Source of the DNA: Sulfurospirillum sp.
GTDB lineage: Bacteria > Campylobacterota > Campylobacteria > Campylobacterales > Sulfurospirillaceae
Assembly (NCBI GenBank): GCA_045047115.1
Contig: JASFYR010000012.1
Location: forward strand, 1-64,000
DNA length: 64,000 nucleotides
Direction of reading: 5' to 3'
Every line of letters starts with the position of its first letter. Position 1 is the stretch's first letter. Shown here piece after piece: positions 1-9,823 of the stretch. The notes under the pieces are model-generated. The model searched no databases. It was not told the origin of the DNA and saw only the letters and a program-made list of their open reading frames with translations. The translations under genes were made by a program, and so were the position numbers.

Positions 1-60
1 AAAAAATTAATGAACTCTAAGCCCTAAACTAGGGACTTAGTAACACTCGTTCTCTCAAAC

Positions 61-104
61 GAGGACGAAATTATATACAATCATTGCTTAGAGTTTGCTT
101 AGGA
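61..104 (-). promoter_or_regulatory. sigma70 promoter for a transcript running off the left edge
   Basis: TATAAT on the minus strand (70-75) with upstream periodic TAAG motifs. It is followed by TTCGTC, the same context as the tRNA-cluster promoter at 54783-54788. Confidence 0.55.
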
Positions 105-211
105 TTGAAAGAAGATTTTAAAAAATTTGGAGACTATTTTTCTATTGTTTATCATTTATTTATCATCTTATTATAAAATCCTATCCTATAATAAAAAATC
201 AGGAGGAAAAA

Positions 212-919
212 ATGGCTTTATACGATAGAAAATATATCAGTCAAAACGCCAGGGAATCTAGTGAGCATTTTGGACAGACTAGAACAAGTAGCAATATGGC
301 TATCTTTGTAAAACAAACTTATCAGCTATTTGCTGCTTCTTTGTTGGCTGCAAGTGCAGGTGCTTATATAGGATTAGGCTTTGCGGCAACAATATCTAGC
401 ATGTACTTCATGTTTGTCATATTGGAATTTGCAGTTTTATTTGGTCTTTTTGCTGCCAAGAAAAAAGCCGGACTAAATCTTGTATTGCTTTTTGCTTTTA
501 CTTTTTTGAGTGGCTTAACTTTAGCACCACTGTTAACATCTATACTGGGACTCAATGGGGGTGGCGCTATAATAGCTAATGCATTTATGCTTACAACTGT
601 AGCTTTTGGATCTTTGTCTGTATTTGCTATGAATACAAAAAGAGATTTTTCTGTTATGGGGAAAATGCTTTTTGTCACTTTGATAGTTGTAGTAGTTGCA
701 AGTATAATCAATATTTTCTTGCACAGTCCAATAATGCAAATAGTAATAGCAAGTATAAGCTCTATACTCTTTAGTGCTTTTATACTTTATGATACTCAAA
801 ACATCATAAAAGGAAGATATGAAACTCCAATTGAAGGCGCAATTGCTCTGTATCTTGACTTTTTAAATCTTTTTATATCTTTGTTACAAATTTTGGGTAT
901 TTTTGGAAGTAGAGACTAA
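212..919 (+). CDS. Bax inhibitor-1/YccA family membrane protein
   Basis: 7 hydrophobic segments; C-terminal YDTQNI...ALYLDFLNLF motif; AGGAGG RBS. Confidence 0.9.
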   Translation: MALYDRKYISQNARESSEHFGQTRTSSNMAIFVKQTYQLFAASLLAASAGAYIGLGFAATISSMYFMFVILEFAVLFGLFAAKKKAGLNLVLLFAFTFLSGLTLAPLLTSILGLNGGGAIIANAFMLTTVAFGSLSVFAMNTKRDFSVMGKMLFVTLIVVVVASIINIFLHSPIMQIVIASISSILFSAFILYDTQNIIKGRYETPIEGAIALYLDFLNLFISLLQILGIFGSRD

Positions 920-952
920 ATAGTTGAAGGGGAATAACCCCTCAACTATTTA
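917..952. terminator. bidirectional intrinsic terminator
   Basis: TAAATAGTTGA(A)GGGG...CCCCTCAACTATTTA hairpin between convergent genes. Confidence 0.75.
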
Positions 953-1007
953 TAAAGTTTTATAAATCATCACCATTATGTCGTGCAACAACCTGTTGCT
1001 TATACGA

Positions 1008-1325
1008 TTAACAAGATGGTACATTACCGCTATCGCTAGCGTAGTTATTTAAGAAGTCATAAACATTTTTTAAATATCTTTTTTTCAAAGGCTTAGCTTT
1101 TGGGCATAACGTTTTAAGTTCTGCATTTAATTTTCCACTTTTGAAAATAGTTGTCCACTCTTCTTGAGTATGTTTTTTTGCTAAAACTCCACCATTAAAA
1201 CCACAAGGTCTTTTTAGCTTCTTGACAATTATCTTTTGTCCCTTGTCGCTACTTGCAAATGCCGAAGTGCTAACAAAACTCAAACCAACGATTGCTGCAA
1301 ATACTATTACTAGTAATTTCTTCAT
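1008..1325 (-). CDS. small secreted Campylobacterota protein (family often labelled 'cytochrome c', but no CxxCH here)
   Basis: Signal peptide MKKLLVIV...SAFA; KGQK...CGFNG...KHTQEEW...ASDSGNVPSC; AAGGAG RBS before the Met at 1325. Confidence 0.8.
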   Translation of the reverse strand: MKKLLVIVFAAIVGLSFVSTSAFASSDKGQKIIVKKLKRPCGFNGGVLAKKHTQEEWTTIFKSGKLNAELKTLCPKAKPLKKRYLKNVYDFLNNYASDSGNVPSC

Positions 1326-1427
1326 ATTTTTTTCTCCTTTCATAAGATTTAAGGGTTTAGTCAAGTTGACTAAACCCTTTATTACTATTATTATAACATA
1401 TTAACTGTGAAGTAAATGTGAAATTTC

Positions 1428-2690
1428 CTAATGTTCTCTGATTTTTGAGACAGAAAAAAGCATATTTACCAACTTGTAGACCGCTAAAGCCACCCCGAAT
1501 GAACCTATAACTATAAAAATTTCAGCCATATGCGGCCACTCATAGTTTATACTATTTGCCACTGCATAGAAATCATACTTTTCATATCCTGTTGCAAATC
1601 TATCTGAAAGAGGATTTGCATTTCCACCATATACAAATAAATATCTACCTACATATCCACCAACAATTGTCGAAATAGATGCTATAATAGTCAGTATAGG
1701 CCTTCCTTTATTGAAAGTCAATAGAAATGGTAAAACTAATGCCAAAAGTATATAGCCACCAAAATAAGCATATTTAAAATACCCAAAGAGTATATTAAAA
1801 GCCCAGGTTTTATCAACAACAAGATAGGCAAATACTTCATATGCACTTAAAAATATAACAAAAAACAGTATAGCTTTTCTGATAACTTCCATCAAATCAC
1901 CATAAAGAGATGATTTTCTGTGATCAAAAAATGCGTACAATCCCATAAAACCAAGCGATGATACAAAAGCTGATATGATGAAATAAAATGTCAAAGCCGG
2001 AAACTCTGTCCAAAGGTGTCTGGCTACATTCATAGAAAAAAGTTTTGCCTGAATAAAATACTCGATGATATCAACACCGACACTCAATAACAATACAATC
2101 ATAGCCAATCTTTTTGCCCACTCTCTCTTGTTTGTAATTAAAAGATAAATCTCAAACATGACAAATGGTATGTATATAAGATAAAGTGGGAGCATCAGCC
2201 ACATACCTGCATTGAAGTTTGGAGATGTAAGCATACTTAACATATTTAGCATATTTAAATCTGTTGCAATCGTAAAGAGTCCCGCAAAAACCATCGAAAG
2301 GCCAAGTGCCATAAAACCTGCTGCAGTTTTAGCAACAACTTCGATATTCAACAACTCTGCCAAGGCAACCAGAAAAATTATACCACTGCCTGTATATATC
2401 ATATACATATAATTCACGATAAACAACGTCCAAGGATTTTCTCTGCTCACTTCACCAACATGCCCAAAAACTGCTTTTTTCATGGCTTCTACCAAATAAG
2501 GATTTGTCGGATCAAGTCCTGCCGTATGTGCATTTGCCACAACACTAAAATATCTCTCGTCAAAAGCTTCATAGATACCATATATTCCGACAGCCAATAA
2601 AACATAGGCTACGAACATTGCTTTGTTAAAGAGTAGCTTAAAGATGCTAACTCTGTTTATTTCAAGTCCGGCTATTATGATTTTGTCCAT
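1428..2690 (-). CDS. psrC: polysulfide reductase membrane anchor (NrfD/PsrC family)
   Basis: Polytopic membrane protein with a PWTLFIVNYMY NrfD-type segment, downstream of the Fe-S subunit. Confidence 0.8.
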   Translation of the reverse strand: MDKIIIAGLEINRVSIFKLLFNKAMFVAYVLLAVGIYGIYEAFDERYFSVVANAHTAGLDPTNPYLVEAMKKAVFGHVGEVSRENPWTLFIVNYMYMIYTGSGIIFLVALAELLNIEVVAKTAAGFMALGLSMVFAGLFTIATDLNMLNMLSMLTSPNFNAGMWLMLPLYLIYIPFVMFEIYLLITNKREWAKRLAMIVLLLSVGVDIIEYFIQAKLFSMNVARHLWTEFPALTFYFIISAFVSSLGFMGLYAFFDHRKSSLYGDLMEVIRKAILFFVIFLSAYEVFAYLVVDKTWAFNILFGYFKYAYFGGYILLALVLPFLLTFNKGRPILTIIASISTIVGGYVGRYLFVYGGNANPLSDRFATGYEKYDFYAVANSINYEWPHMAEIFIVIGSFGVALAVYKLVNMLFSVSKIREH

Positions 2691-3340
2691 TCTTTACTCC
2701 TCTTAGCCTTTATCTCATCATAGTATGGTTTTATCTCATCCCAAGTATGAATCTTTGTCTCTTTTCCTACGCTTCTAACCAAGAAATTCTCATCTTCCGG
2801 TACCAAATAAAATAGTTTTGGTACAGTCTTTTCGCCCTCTTTCAGGAAAAAGAACTTTCTCTTTTTAAGAAGTTTAACCAAATCACTATTTTCATCATCC
2901 AAGTCACCAAAGAGTCTCACTTTTGTAGGGCAGGTTGCCTGGCAGGCAGTAGTACCATACTCATCAATTCTATGATAACAAAATGTACATTTGTCAACTG
3001 CTACAATAGTATCATCAACAAATCTTGCATCATATGGACAAGCCTCCATACATCCTTTGCACAAGATACATTTTGTAGGATCTACCATAACAACACCGCC
3101 ATCAACTATATGACTTGCATGTGTCGGGCAAACACTTACACAAGGCGCATCCAGGCATTGGTTGCATTGCGATGGATACAGATTTACAAAAGGGCTTCCA
3201 AATAAAGAACCCTCTGTTACTCCAACCCAAATTCTCTGTTTATCAGCTCCGAGCTGAACTCCATTCTCTTCCTTGCAGGCCACTTCACATGCCTTGCAAT
3301 TTATACAATTTTGATAATCAAGTGCCATTGCATAGTTCAT
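2675..3340 (-). CDS. psrB: polysulfide reductase 4Fe-4S subunit
   Basis: Four Cys clusters: CINCKACEVAC, CNQCLDAPCVSVCP, CILCKGCMEACP, CTFC...CQATCP. Confidence 0.88.
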   Translation of the reverse strand: MNYAMALDYQNCINCKACEVACKEENGVQLGADKQRIWVGVTEGSLFGSPFVNLYPSQCNQCLDAPCVSVCPTHASHIVDGGVVMVDPTKCILCKGCMEACPYDARFVDDTIVAVDKCTFCYHRIDEYGTTACQATCPTKVRLFGDLDDENSDLVKLLKKRKFFFLKEGEKTVPKLFYLVPEDENFLVRSVGKETKIHTWDEIKPYYDEIKAKRSKEWTKS

Positions 3341-3342
3341 AA

Positions 3343-5781
3343 TCACACCTTCCTTATATCTACAATGGTATCATGCATAATAGCACTACCAAAAACCGGT
3401 TCAATTCTATCTTCTATGATTTCATTGTCACTTGCTCCATTCCTGTGGGCAAAAGTTAGACCGGTTGATTTTGCACCAAAGCCATGTATGTAAAATAAGG
3501 TTTCTGGAATAATTTTAGGAGTAGGATATGCTTTTATCCTAACACTTCCTATCTTACTGGTAACTTCAACCTCATCTCCAAATCTTATGCCTCTTTTTTC
3601 TGCCTCTTTATCATTTATCCAAACATAATTCTCTTTCATAAGTTCAAGCAGCATTATATTATTTTGTGTAGCATCCTGAGTAAATTGGGCGTGACGACCG
3701 GTGATAAACTTAAACTTTCCCTGAGGAATTTTTACATAACTCTCTTCTCTCCAAGTCGGCATCGCATCAATACCTTTTTTCTTAAAATTACCCAAATAAC
3801 ACTCTATTTTCTTACTAGGTGTCTTAAAAAACTTCCTAAATTCAGATATATCTCTTGGATTTATGCAGGTATCATGTAAATACACGTCCTTATTCGCCTT
3901 TTCACCCAATTTATCGATAGAGTAGTATTTTTTATTTTCAGGATAGTATTCAAAAGTGTTATTATCAATCTTTTTGAAATATTTGTCCATATTTGGATAA
4001 AATACACCTTTGATACGAAGTTCTTTCCAAGCTTTTTCACCATATTTTCCAGCAAACATTTTTTTATTCATCTCTTCTTGAGACTCTCCAAACATATCCG
4101 TCAAATCATAACCGTTTTCTTTAAAGTACTTCTTTAAGTCTTCAGGTTTCATCCCTTCTGTATCGCTTTGGACATCTTCATCGTATTTTAGAGTATTTTT
4201 CCAAAGTGGCTCTGTCAAAACTTCAGCAAGACCTTTCATTATGTCAAAAACAGGTTTTGTCTCATACATTGGATCTATAACTTTTTGCCTGAGTACAATA
4301 GCCGGCTCTGTACCTCCAAAAGATTTCACAGGGTCCTCTCTCTCTAGATAGGTACACTCTGGAAGTATAACATCCGCCATCATTGCCGTATCACTTGGCA
4401 TTGTATCAATCACAACTACAAGATCTAATTTTTCAAACATCTCTTTTGTTTTTTTTGTATTTGGCACTGAAAGCATCGGATTTTGTTTATAGACAAACAA
4501 CCCTCTGACAGGATAAGGAGTATTGCCTTGTGCCACCATATTTCTCCAAGCCACCCAAGAACCGGTTGCCCCTATAATAGCTGCAGCTTTTTTTTCTATT
4601 CTCTCTTGTGTATTTGCATATATAGGTGAATTTATCTCTTCTTTATTCAAAGGCAAATTTTTACCAAAAATGATACCACCTTTTATGTCAATTCCACCAC
4701 CAAGTGCACTAAAGATAGCTTGTGCGCGACGAAGTTGAAAATCCATGGCCCCCCAAGTTGTTCTTCTACCTTGATAATATATTGATTCAGGCGCATTTTC
4801 CATAAACTCATATGCTATTTTTTCAATTGTTCTAGCAGGTACTCCAGTAATTTTTTCTGCCCACTCAGGTGTGTAATTGTTCTCTAAAATATGCAGTCTA
4901 TAGACATTGAAATTATCAAAGTTTTTATCTACAAACTCTCTATTGTAGAGTCTATTTTTTATCGCTACATATGTAAGCGCCAATACAAATGCCAAATCTG
5001 TACCAACTTTAATAGGAACATACCTATCAGCGTGGATTGCTGTATTTGTAAATCTCGGATCCACAACTATCAGTTTTGTACCTCTTCCTCTTGTCCTTTT
5101 AAACAGATTCATAGTGTCAGGAGTAAGAATGGCTTCTGCTCTGTTTGCTCCTGCCATGATTACATATTTTGCATTTTCAAGGTCAGCTTGTCCATATCCT
5201 CCTATAGTTAAAGCATAGCCGGAAATCGCAGTTTGAAGACAAAGAGATGCATGATTTATAAAATTTGATGACCCAAATTTTTCTGACATAAACTCTTTAT
5301 AAGTAGGTTCAGCCATGCCTTCGCCCGTACAATAACCTATACATGAACGATTATCTTTTTCCTCATCCAGAATTTTTACCATTTTTTCTTTGATGAGAGC
5401 AAATGCTTCATCCCAGGTAGCCCTTCTAAACTTACCATCACCTCTCTTTCCATTTCTGATAAGTGGATATTTGAGACGATCAGGGTCATACAGAGCATGA
5501 ATACCTGCATCACCCCTTGCGCAAAGCATATTTTTAGATTTTGGAAAAAGTGGGTTTGGATCCAGTTTTTTTATGACACCGTTTCTAACTTGAGCGATAA
5601 GTGCGCATTTGTTTACGCACATCTCACATAGTGTAGGGGTTTTCTTCGTAGGTCTTATCTTGGCATCTTCACTCTCTTTGGTATCTGCCAAAATGCTTGT
5701 TGTTCCAAGTGCAGTCGCACCGGCAACACTCAAAGCAACACTACCTTGAAGAAATCTCCTCCTCGAGATCTCTACTTTCAT
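3343..5781 (-). CDS. psrA: thiosulfate/polysulfide reductase molybdopterin catalytic subunit
   Basis: Tat signal SRRRFLQ; CEMCVNKC...C Fe-S motif; molybdopterin oxidoreductase motifs; GGAG RBS before MKVEIS. Confidence 0.88.
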   Translation of the reverse strand: MKVEISRRRFLQGSVALSVAGATALGTTSILADTKESEDAKIRPTKKTPTLCEMCVNKCALIAQVRNGVIKKLDPNPLFPKSKNMLCARGDAGIHALYDPDRLKYPLIRNGKRGDGKFRRATWDEAFALIKEKMVKILDEEKDNRSCIGYCTGEGMAEPTYKEFMSEKFGSSNFINHASLCLQTAISGYALTIGGYGQADLENAKYVIMAGANRAEAILTPDTMNLFKRTRGRGTKLIVVDPRFTNTAIHADRYVPIKVGTDLAFVLALTYVAIKNRLYNREFVDKNFDNFNVYRLHILENNYTPEWAEKITGVPARTIEKIAYEFMENAPESIYYQGRRTTWGAMDFQLRRAQAIFSALGGGIDIKGGIIFGKNLPLNKEEINSPIYANTQERIEKKAAAIIGATGSWVAWRNMVAQGNTPYPVRGLFVYKQNPMLSVPNTKKTKEMFEKLDLVVVIDTMPSDTAMMADVILPECTYLEREDPVKSFGGTEPAIVLRQKVIDPMYETKPVFDIMKGLAEVLTEPLWKNTLKYDEDVQSDTEGMKPEDLKKYFKENGYDLTDMFGESQEEMNKKMFAGKYGEKAWKELRIKGVFYPNMDKYFKKIDNNTFEYYPENKKYYSIDKLGEKANKDVYLHDTCINPRDISEFRKFFKTPSKKIECYLGNFKKKGIDAMPTWREESYVKIPQGKFKFITGRHAQFTQDATQNNIMLLELMKENYVWINDKEAEKRGIRFGDEVEVTSKIGSVRIKAYPTPKIIPETLFYIHGFGAKSTGLTFAHRNGASDNEIIEDRIEPVFGSAIMHDTIVDIRKV

Positions 5782-6056
5782 ATTTTTCTCCATTGATTAC
5801 GAACAGTCTTGAAACAACCTCCAAGAAATCATCGTTTGATAGTGTAATTTTATTGGATATTCTTTATAAATTTATTAAATTATTTTTGAACTATAATAAT
5901 ATTTTATCATTTTATAGCAATATCGTTGAAATAGAGGGATTGCAAAAAAGTAAAAAAAATAGAAAAAAATACTTTTCTTGTGGAAATAAAGTAAAATAAT
6001 TTTTATAAAAATGAGAAAAAAATACTTTTTTTTAACAAATGTAAAAAATATATTAT

Positions 6057-6752
6057 CTAATTTGTAATAAAAGCAACTTCAAATTCAAGGTATTTATAAG
6101 GATAGTATTCTAATAAGTATTTTATTTCCTTATAATTTAACACTCTGCTACCGCCACTTGTTCCACTCATTTTTATATATTTCAACATAGAGATTGTATC
6201 ATCAAAATTAACTCTAAAAAGCTTTTTTTCAATATTTGAATTTTTAAAAATTTTTGATAGAGAAACCAATGACTCAAATGCAGGCAAAAAACTCTCTCTA
6301 TTTGTAATTTCATATATCGCCCTAAAGGTTTTATTTGTAAAAATTGAAAATGCTATTTTTTCACTCAAACTTCTATAGGCTTTAAAGGCTATCTCCATAT
6401 TTTGTGCCCATTGTAGAGACGATGACGATATAAGCAGGTCAAAAGGCGCATAGTTGCTCATTTTATTCAAAAACTCCTCAGATTCAAAGTCGCTATGGAT
6501 AATTTCTACATTTTTATTTTTTGGATGCAGTTTGCACATAGTGCTTGAGCAGTCCACTGCAACAAAGCTATCAAGCTCCCAAGATATATTTTTATATATC
6601 TCGCCCGTACCACAGCCCAAATCAAGGATAGTTTTTGGTCTAAAATTTAACTTTTGCACCAGCTCTTTTGCAACTTTTTTTTGTATCAAGGAGTTTGAAT
6701 CATATGTTTTTGCATATTTTTCAAACTCTATTCTATGCCTTTTGCTATACAT
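6057..6752 (-). CDS. BioC-like SAM-dependent methyltransferase
   Basis: F..YA.TYD...IQ; LDLGCGTG; SSSSLQW; start codon uncertain. Confidence 0.75.
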   Translation of the reverse strand: MYSKRHRIEFEKYAKTYDSNSLIQKKVAKELVQKLNFRPKTILDLGCGTGEIYKNISWELDSFVAVDCSSTMCKLHPKNKNVEIIHSDFESEEFLNKMSNYAPFDLLISSSSLQWAQNMEIAFKAYRSLSEKIAFSIFTNKTFRAIYEITNRESFLPAFESLVSLSKIFKNSNIEKKLFRVNFDDTISMLKYIKMSGTSGGSRVLNYKEIKYLLEYYPYKYLEFEVAFITN

Positions 6753-6890
6753 TTTATTAATACTTTCTGTTTTTAGTATATATTTCATCTGTTTTTTAAT
6801 ATATTTTGGATATAATCACCGATTATATCAAATCGTACCTCAATAATTGCATAAATTTTATGAGGTATAAATCAAAACAAGGAAAATTTT

Positions 6891-7232
6891 ATGACCTCAA
6901 CACTATTGGTCTTACAATTTATATTGGCAGCTGTTTTAACTATAGCAATACTGTTACAAAAAAGCTCTTCAATAGGACTAGGAGCTTATAGCGGAAGTAA
7001 TGAATCACTATTTGGCGCAAAAGGACCGGCTGGTTTTATGGCAAAATTCACATTCATCATAGGATTTGTTTTTTTAATAAACACCTTAGCACTTGGATAC
7101 TTCTACAACCAAGAAAAAAAAGTCTCTATAGCTGAAGATATCAAGATAGTAAAGCCTCTGGTTCCTACTGCACCTACAACACCGGAAACTCCAAAGGCTC
7201 CAAAAGCTCCTAGCGCACCTAAAACCAAATAA
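6891..7232 (+). CDS. secG: preprotein translocase subunit SecG
   Basis: ILLQKSSSIGLGAYSGSNESLFGAKG, two TM segments. Confidence 0.95.
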   Translation: MTSTLLVLQFILAAVLTIAILLQKSSSIGLGAYSGSNESLFGAKGPAGFMAKFTFIIGFVFLINTLALGYFYNQEKKVSIAEDIKIVKPLVPTAPTTPETPKAPKAPSAPKTK

Positions 7233-7235
7233 GAT

Positions 7236-8189
7236 ATGAAAAGTCTGCTGCTGTCGCTACTCTTCGTGATGACTCTATGGGCAGATGCTCATATATTTGT
7301 ATATCACAGATTTGGCGATAGCAGATACCCTAGCACAGACACCACAATAACCCAACTAAAAAAAGAGTTTGAATATTTTAAGACAAACAATTATAAAGTC
7401 ATTCCGCTAAAAAAGCTGATTATGGCTTTAAAGAGAGGTGAAAAAATATCTGATAATTGGGTTGTATTGACTATTGATGACAATTTTAGAAGCTTTTATG
7501 ATAATGCTTTTGATATTTTTAAAGAGTACAACTATCCATTTTCACTCTTTGTCTATGTAGAAGCCACACAAAAAAAGTATCCGGATTATCTGAGCTGGCA
7601 ACAACTAAAAGAGATAAACAAATATGGATCTTTAGAGTTTCACTCTTATGCACATCCTCATATGACCTATTTGAGCAATGAAAAGCTTAAGGCGGATTTT
7701 AAAAAAGGTTTGAAGATTTTTGAAGAAAAGCTGCAAATCAAACCAAAATATTTTTCTTACCCATACGGAGAGTATAATAACAGAGTCAAAGATATTGCAA
7801 AATCTTTTGGATTCGATGCTATTATCAACCAAAACATGGGTGCTGTCGGAAAAAATAGTGATGTATATGATTTAGACAGGAATGCACTTGTCGGTAAAAC
7901 AAATTTAAAGTATCTATTGAAATTTAAGTATCTAAATGCCATATGGATAGAACCAAAGTCTTATCCCAAAGATGGGATCATCAAAGCTCTACATGTGCAG
8001 ACCAAAGAGAGTGCAAAATATGCTGGTCTATATATAAGTGGAAACGGTTGGAAAAAAATACCTATAAACAGTGGCGTAATAAACCTCAAACTAAACAAAA
8101 AACTGACAAGAGAAAGAAATAGAATAATAATTTCGATAAAAGATAAAATTTCAACAAAACTACTCATAAAGGATAAACAATGGGACTAA
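7236..8189 (+). CDS. polysaccharide deacetylase family protein
   Basis: Signal peptide; YHRF, LTIDD, HSYAHPH, YPYGEY motifs. Confidence 0.88.
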   Translation: MKSLLLSLLFVMTLWADAHIFVYHRFGDSRYPSTDTTITQLKKEFEYFKTNNYKVIPLKKLIMALKRGEKISDNWVVLTIDDNFRSFYDNAFDIFKEYNYPFSLFVYVEATQKKYPDYLSWQQLKEINKYGSLEFHSYAHPHMTYLSNEKLKADFKKGLKIFEEKLQIKPKYFSYPYGEYNNRVKDIAKSFGFDAIINQNMGAVGKNSDVYDLDRNALVGKTNLKYLLKFKYLNAIWIEPKSYPKDGIIKALHVQTKESAKYAGLYISGNGWKKIPINSGVINLKLNKKLTRERNRIIISIKDKISTKLLIKDKQWD

Positions 8190-8740
8190 ATCTAATATAT
8201 GAAACACAAAAAGAGCATATAGACAAAACTTTGGCATCTCTAAAGAGAGACTTTAGCACGATTAGAAGCGGAAAAGTTTCAGTATCTGTGCTTGACAATA
8301 TAAAAGTGGATTACTACGGAACTCCTACTGCACTAAATCAAGTAGCAACAGTTTTGTTAAATGATGCTACAACTATCAGCATAACTCCATGGGAAAAACC
8401 TATGCTAAAAGCCATAGAACATGCGATTGGCTCTGCAAATATAGGTGTAAACCCGAACAATGATGGCGAAAGCGTTAAACTGTTTTTCCCGCCTATGACA
8501 ACAGAGCAGAGAAAAGAGGGTGCAAAACAGGCAAAAACTATGGGTGATAAAGCAAAAATTGCCATAAGAAATATAAGAAAAGATGCCAACGACAAAGTAA
8601 AAAAACTCGAAAAAGATAAAGAGGTAACCGAAGACGAGGCAAAAAAAGCTTACGATGAAGTACAGAAAATAACTGATATTGGTGTCAAATCAGTAGATAG
8701 CGCCGTCAAAGAAAAAGAAGCAGAAGTACTTAAGATATAG
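8180..8740 (+). CDS. frr: ribosome recycling factor
   Basis: IRSGK...[26 protein letters not shown]. Confidence 0.97.
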   Translation: MGLNLIYETQKEHIDKTLASLKRDFSTIRSGKVSVSVLDNIKVDYYGTPTALNQVATVLLNDATTISITPWEKPMLKAIEHAIGSANIGVNPNNDGESVKLFFPPMTTEQRKEGAKQAKTMGDKAKIAIRNIRKDANDKVKKLEKDKEVTEDEAKKAYDEVQKITDIGVKSVDSAVKEKEAEVLKI

Positions 8741-8742
8741 AT

Positions 8743-9351
8743 ATGGATATAGAAAAAATATATAAAGATGCAAATGCTCTGCTAGAGGGGCATTTTCTGC
8801 TTAGCAGCGGAAATCATTCACGATTTTATCTCCAAAGTGCAAAAGTTTTAGAAAACCCTAAAACTTCACAACTTTTGGCAGATGAGCTTGCAAAACAGAT
8901 AAAAAAAAGTGGACTAAAGATAGACACTGTATGCTCTCCTGCTCTTGGTGGGGTTCTTGCAGGTTATGAGCTTGCTCGATCTCTTGAAGCAAGATTTATA
9001 TTTGCCGAGAGAGTAAATAAAAAAATGACCATCAGAAGAGGTTTTGAGATCAATAAGGGTGAAAATATTCTCATTTGTGAAGATATAATCACCACCGGGG
9101 GCTCAGCTCTTGAAGCTGCAAAAGTCGCCGAAGACATGGGGGCAAATATAGTCGCCTTTGCAGCCTTGGCAAACAGAGGATTTTGTAGAAGAATTGGTAG
9201 TGGTAAAGATGCAAAGCCTGCATGTAAACTTCCAAATGATACTCCATTTTTTGCTTTGGCTGATTTCGAATTTGATATTTACAAACCTGGAAATTGCCCA
9301 CTTTGCAAAGATGGAAGTGTAGCTTATAAACCAGGAAGTAGAGGAAATTAA
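8743..9351 (+). CDS. pyrE: orotate phosphoribosyltransferase
   Basis: [15 protein letters not shown] motif [11 protein letters not shown]. Confidence 0.96.
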   Translation: MDIEKIYKDANALLEGHFLLSSGNHSRFYLQSAKVLENPKTSQLLADELAKQIKKSGLKIDTVCSPALGGVLAGYELARSLEARFIFAERVNKKMTIRRGFEINKGENILICEDIITTGGSALEAAKVAEDMGANIVAFAALANRGFCRRIGSGKDAKPACKLPNDTPFFALADFEFDIYKPGNCPLCKDGSVAYKPGSRGN

Positions 9352-9358
9352 TAACTAA

Positions 9359-9823
9359 ATGAGATGGAGAGATGCCAAAAAAGGTAAATTCAAACACAAA
9401 ACAGAGATAAAAAAAGAGACTCTGCATATCTCTCCAATCATAAATAGAATAAAAGCCTTTTTGACCGATGCTTTTATGATATTTATGCCTATAATCTATG
9501 TTGTTTTTTATGTTGTTATGGGCTCTCGTGAAGAGTTTAGAGCAAATATGCTAATGGGCTGGTTATGCATCCTGATTCCACATTTCATCATCACGACACT
9601 CTTTTTATATATCAAAAATCAAACTCCCGGATATAAAGCTTACAATATAAAACTGAGTACCTTCAAACATACAAAACCTACATTTGTGCAAATAAGTGTG
9701 AGATATATAGTTTTTACCATCACTATATTTGCTTTTCCTCTTCTTTTTATCCCCTTCTTTACTAAACAAAAATTAGGATTGCCTGATTATATCTCTGCTA
9801 CAGTTCCACTGTATTCCAAATGA
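9359..9823 (+). CDS. RDD family membrane protein
   Basis: RIKAFLTD...QTPG...D pattern. Confidence 0.8.
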   Translation: MRWRDAKKGKFKHKTEIKKETLHISPIINRIKAFLTDAFMIFMPIIYVVFYVVMGSREEFRANMLMGWLCILIPHFIITTLFLYIKNQTPGYKAYNIKLSTFKHTKPTFVQISVRYIVFTITIFAFPLLFIPFFTKQKLGLPDYISATVPLYSK

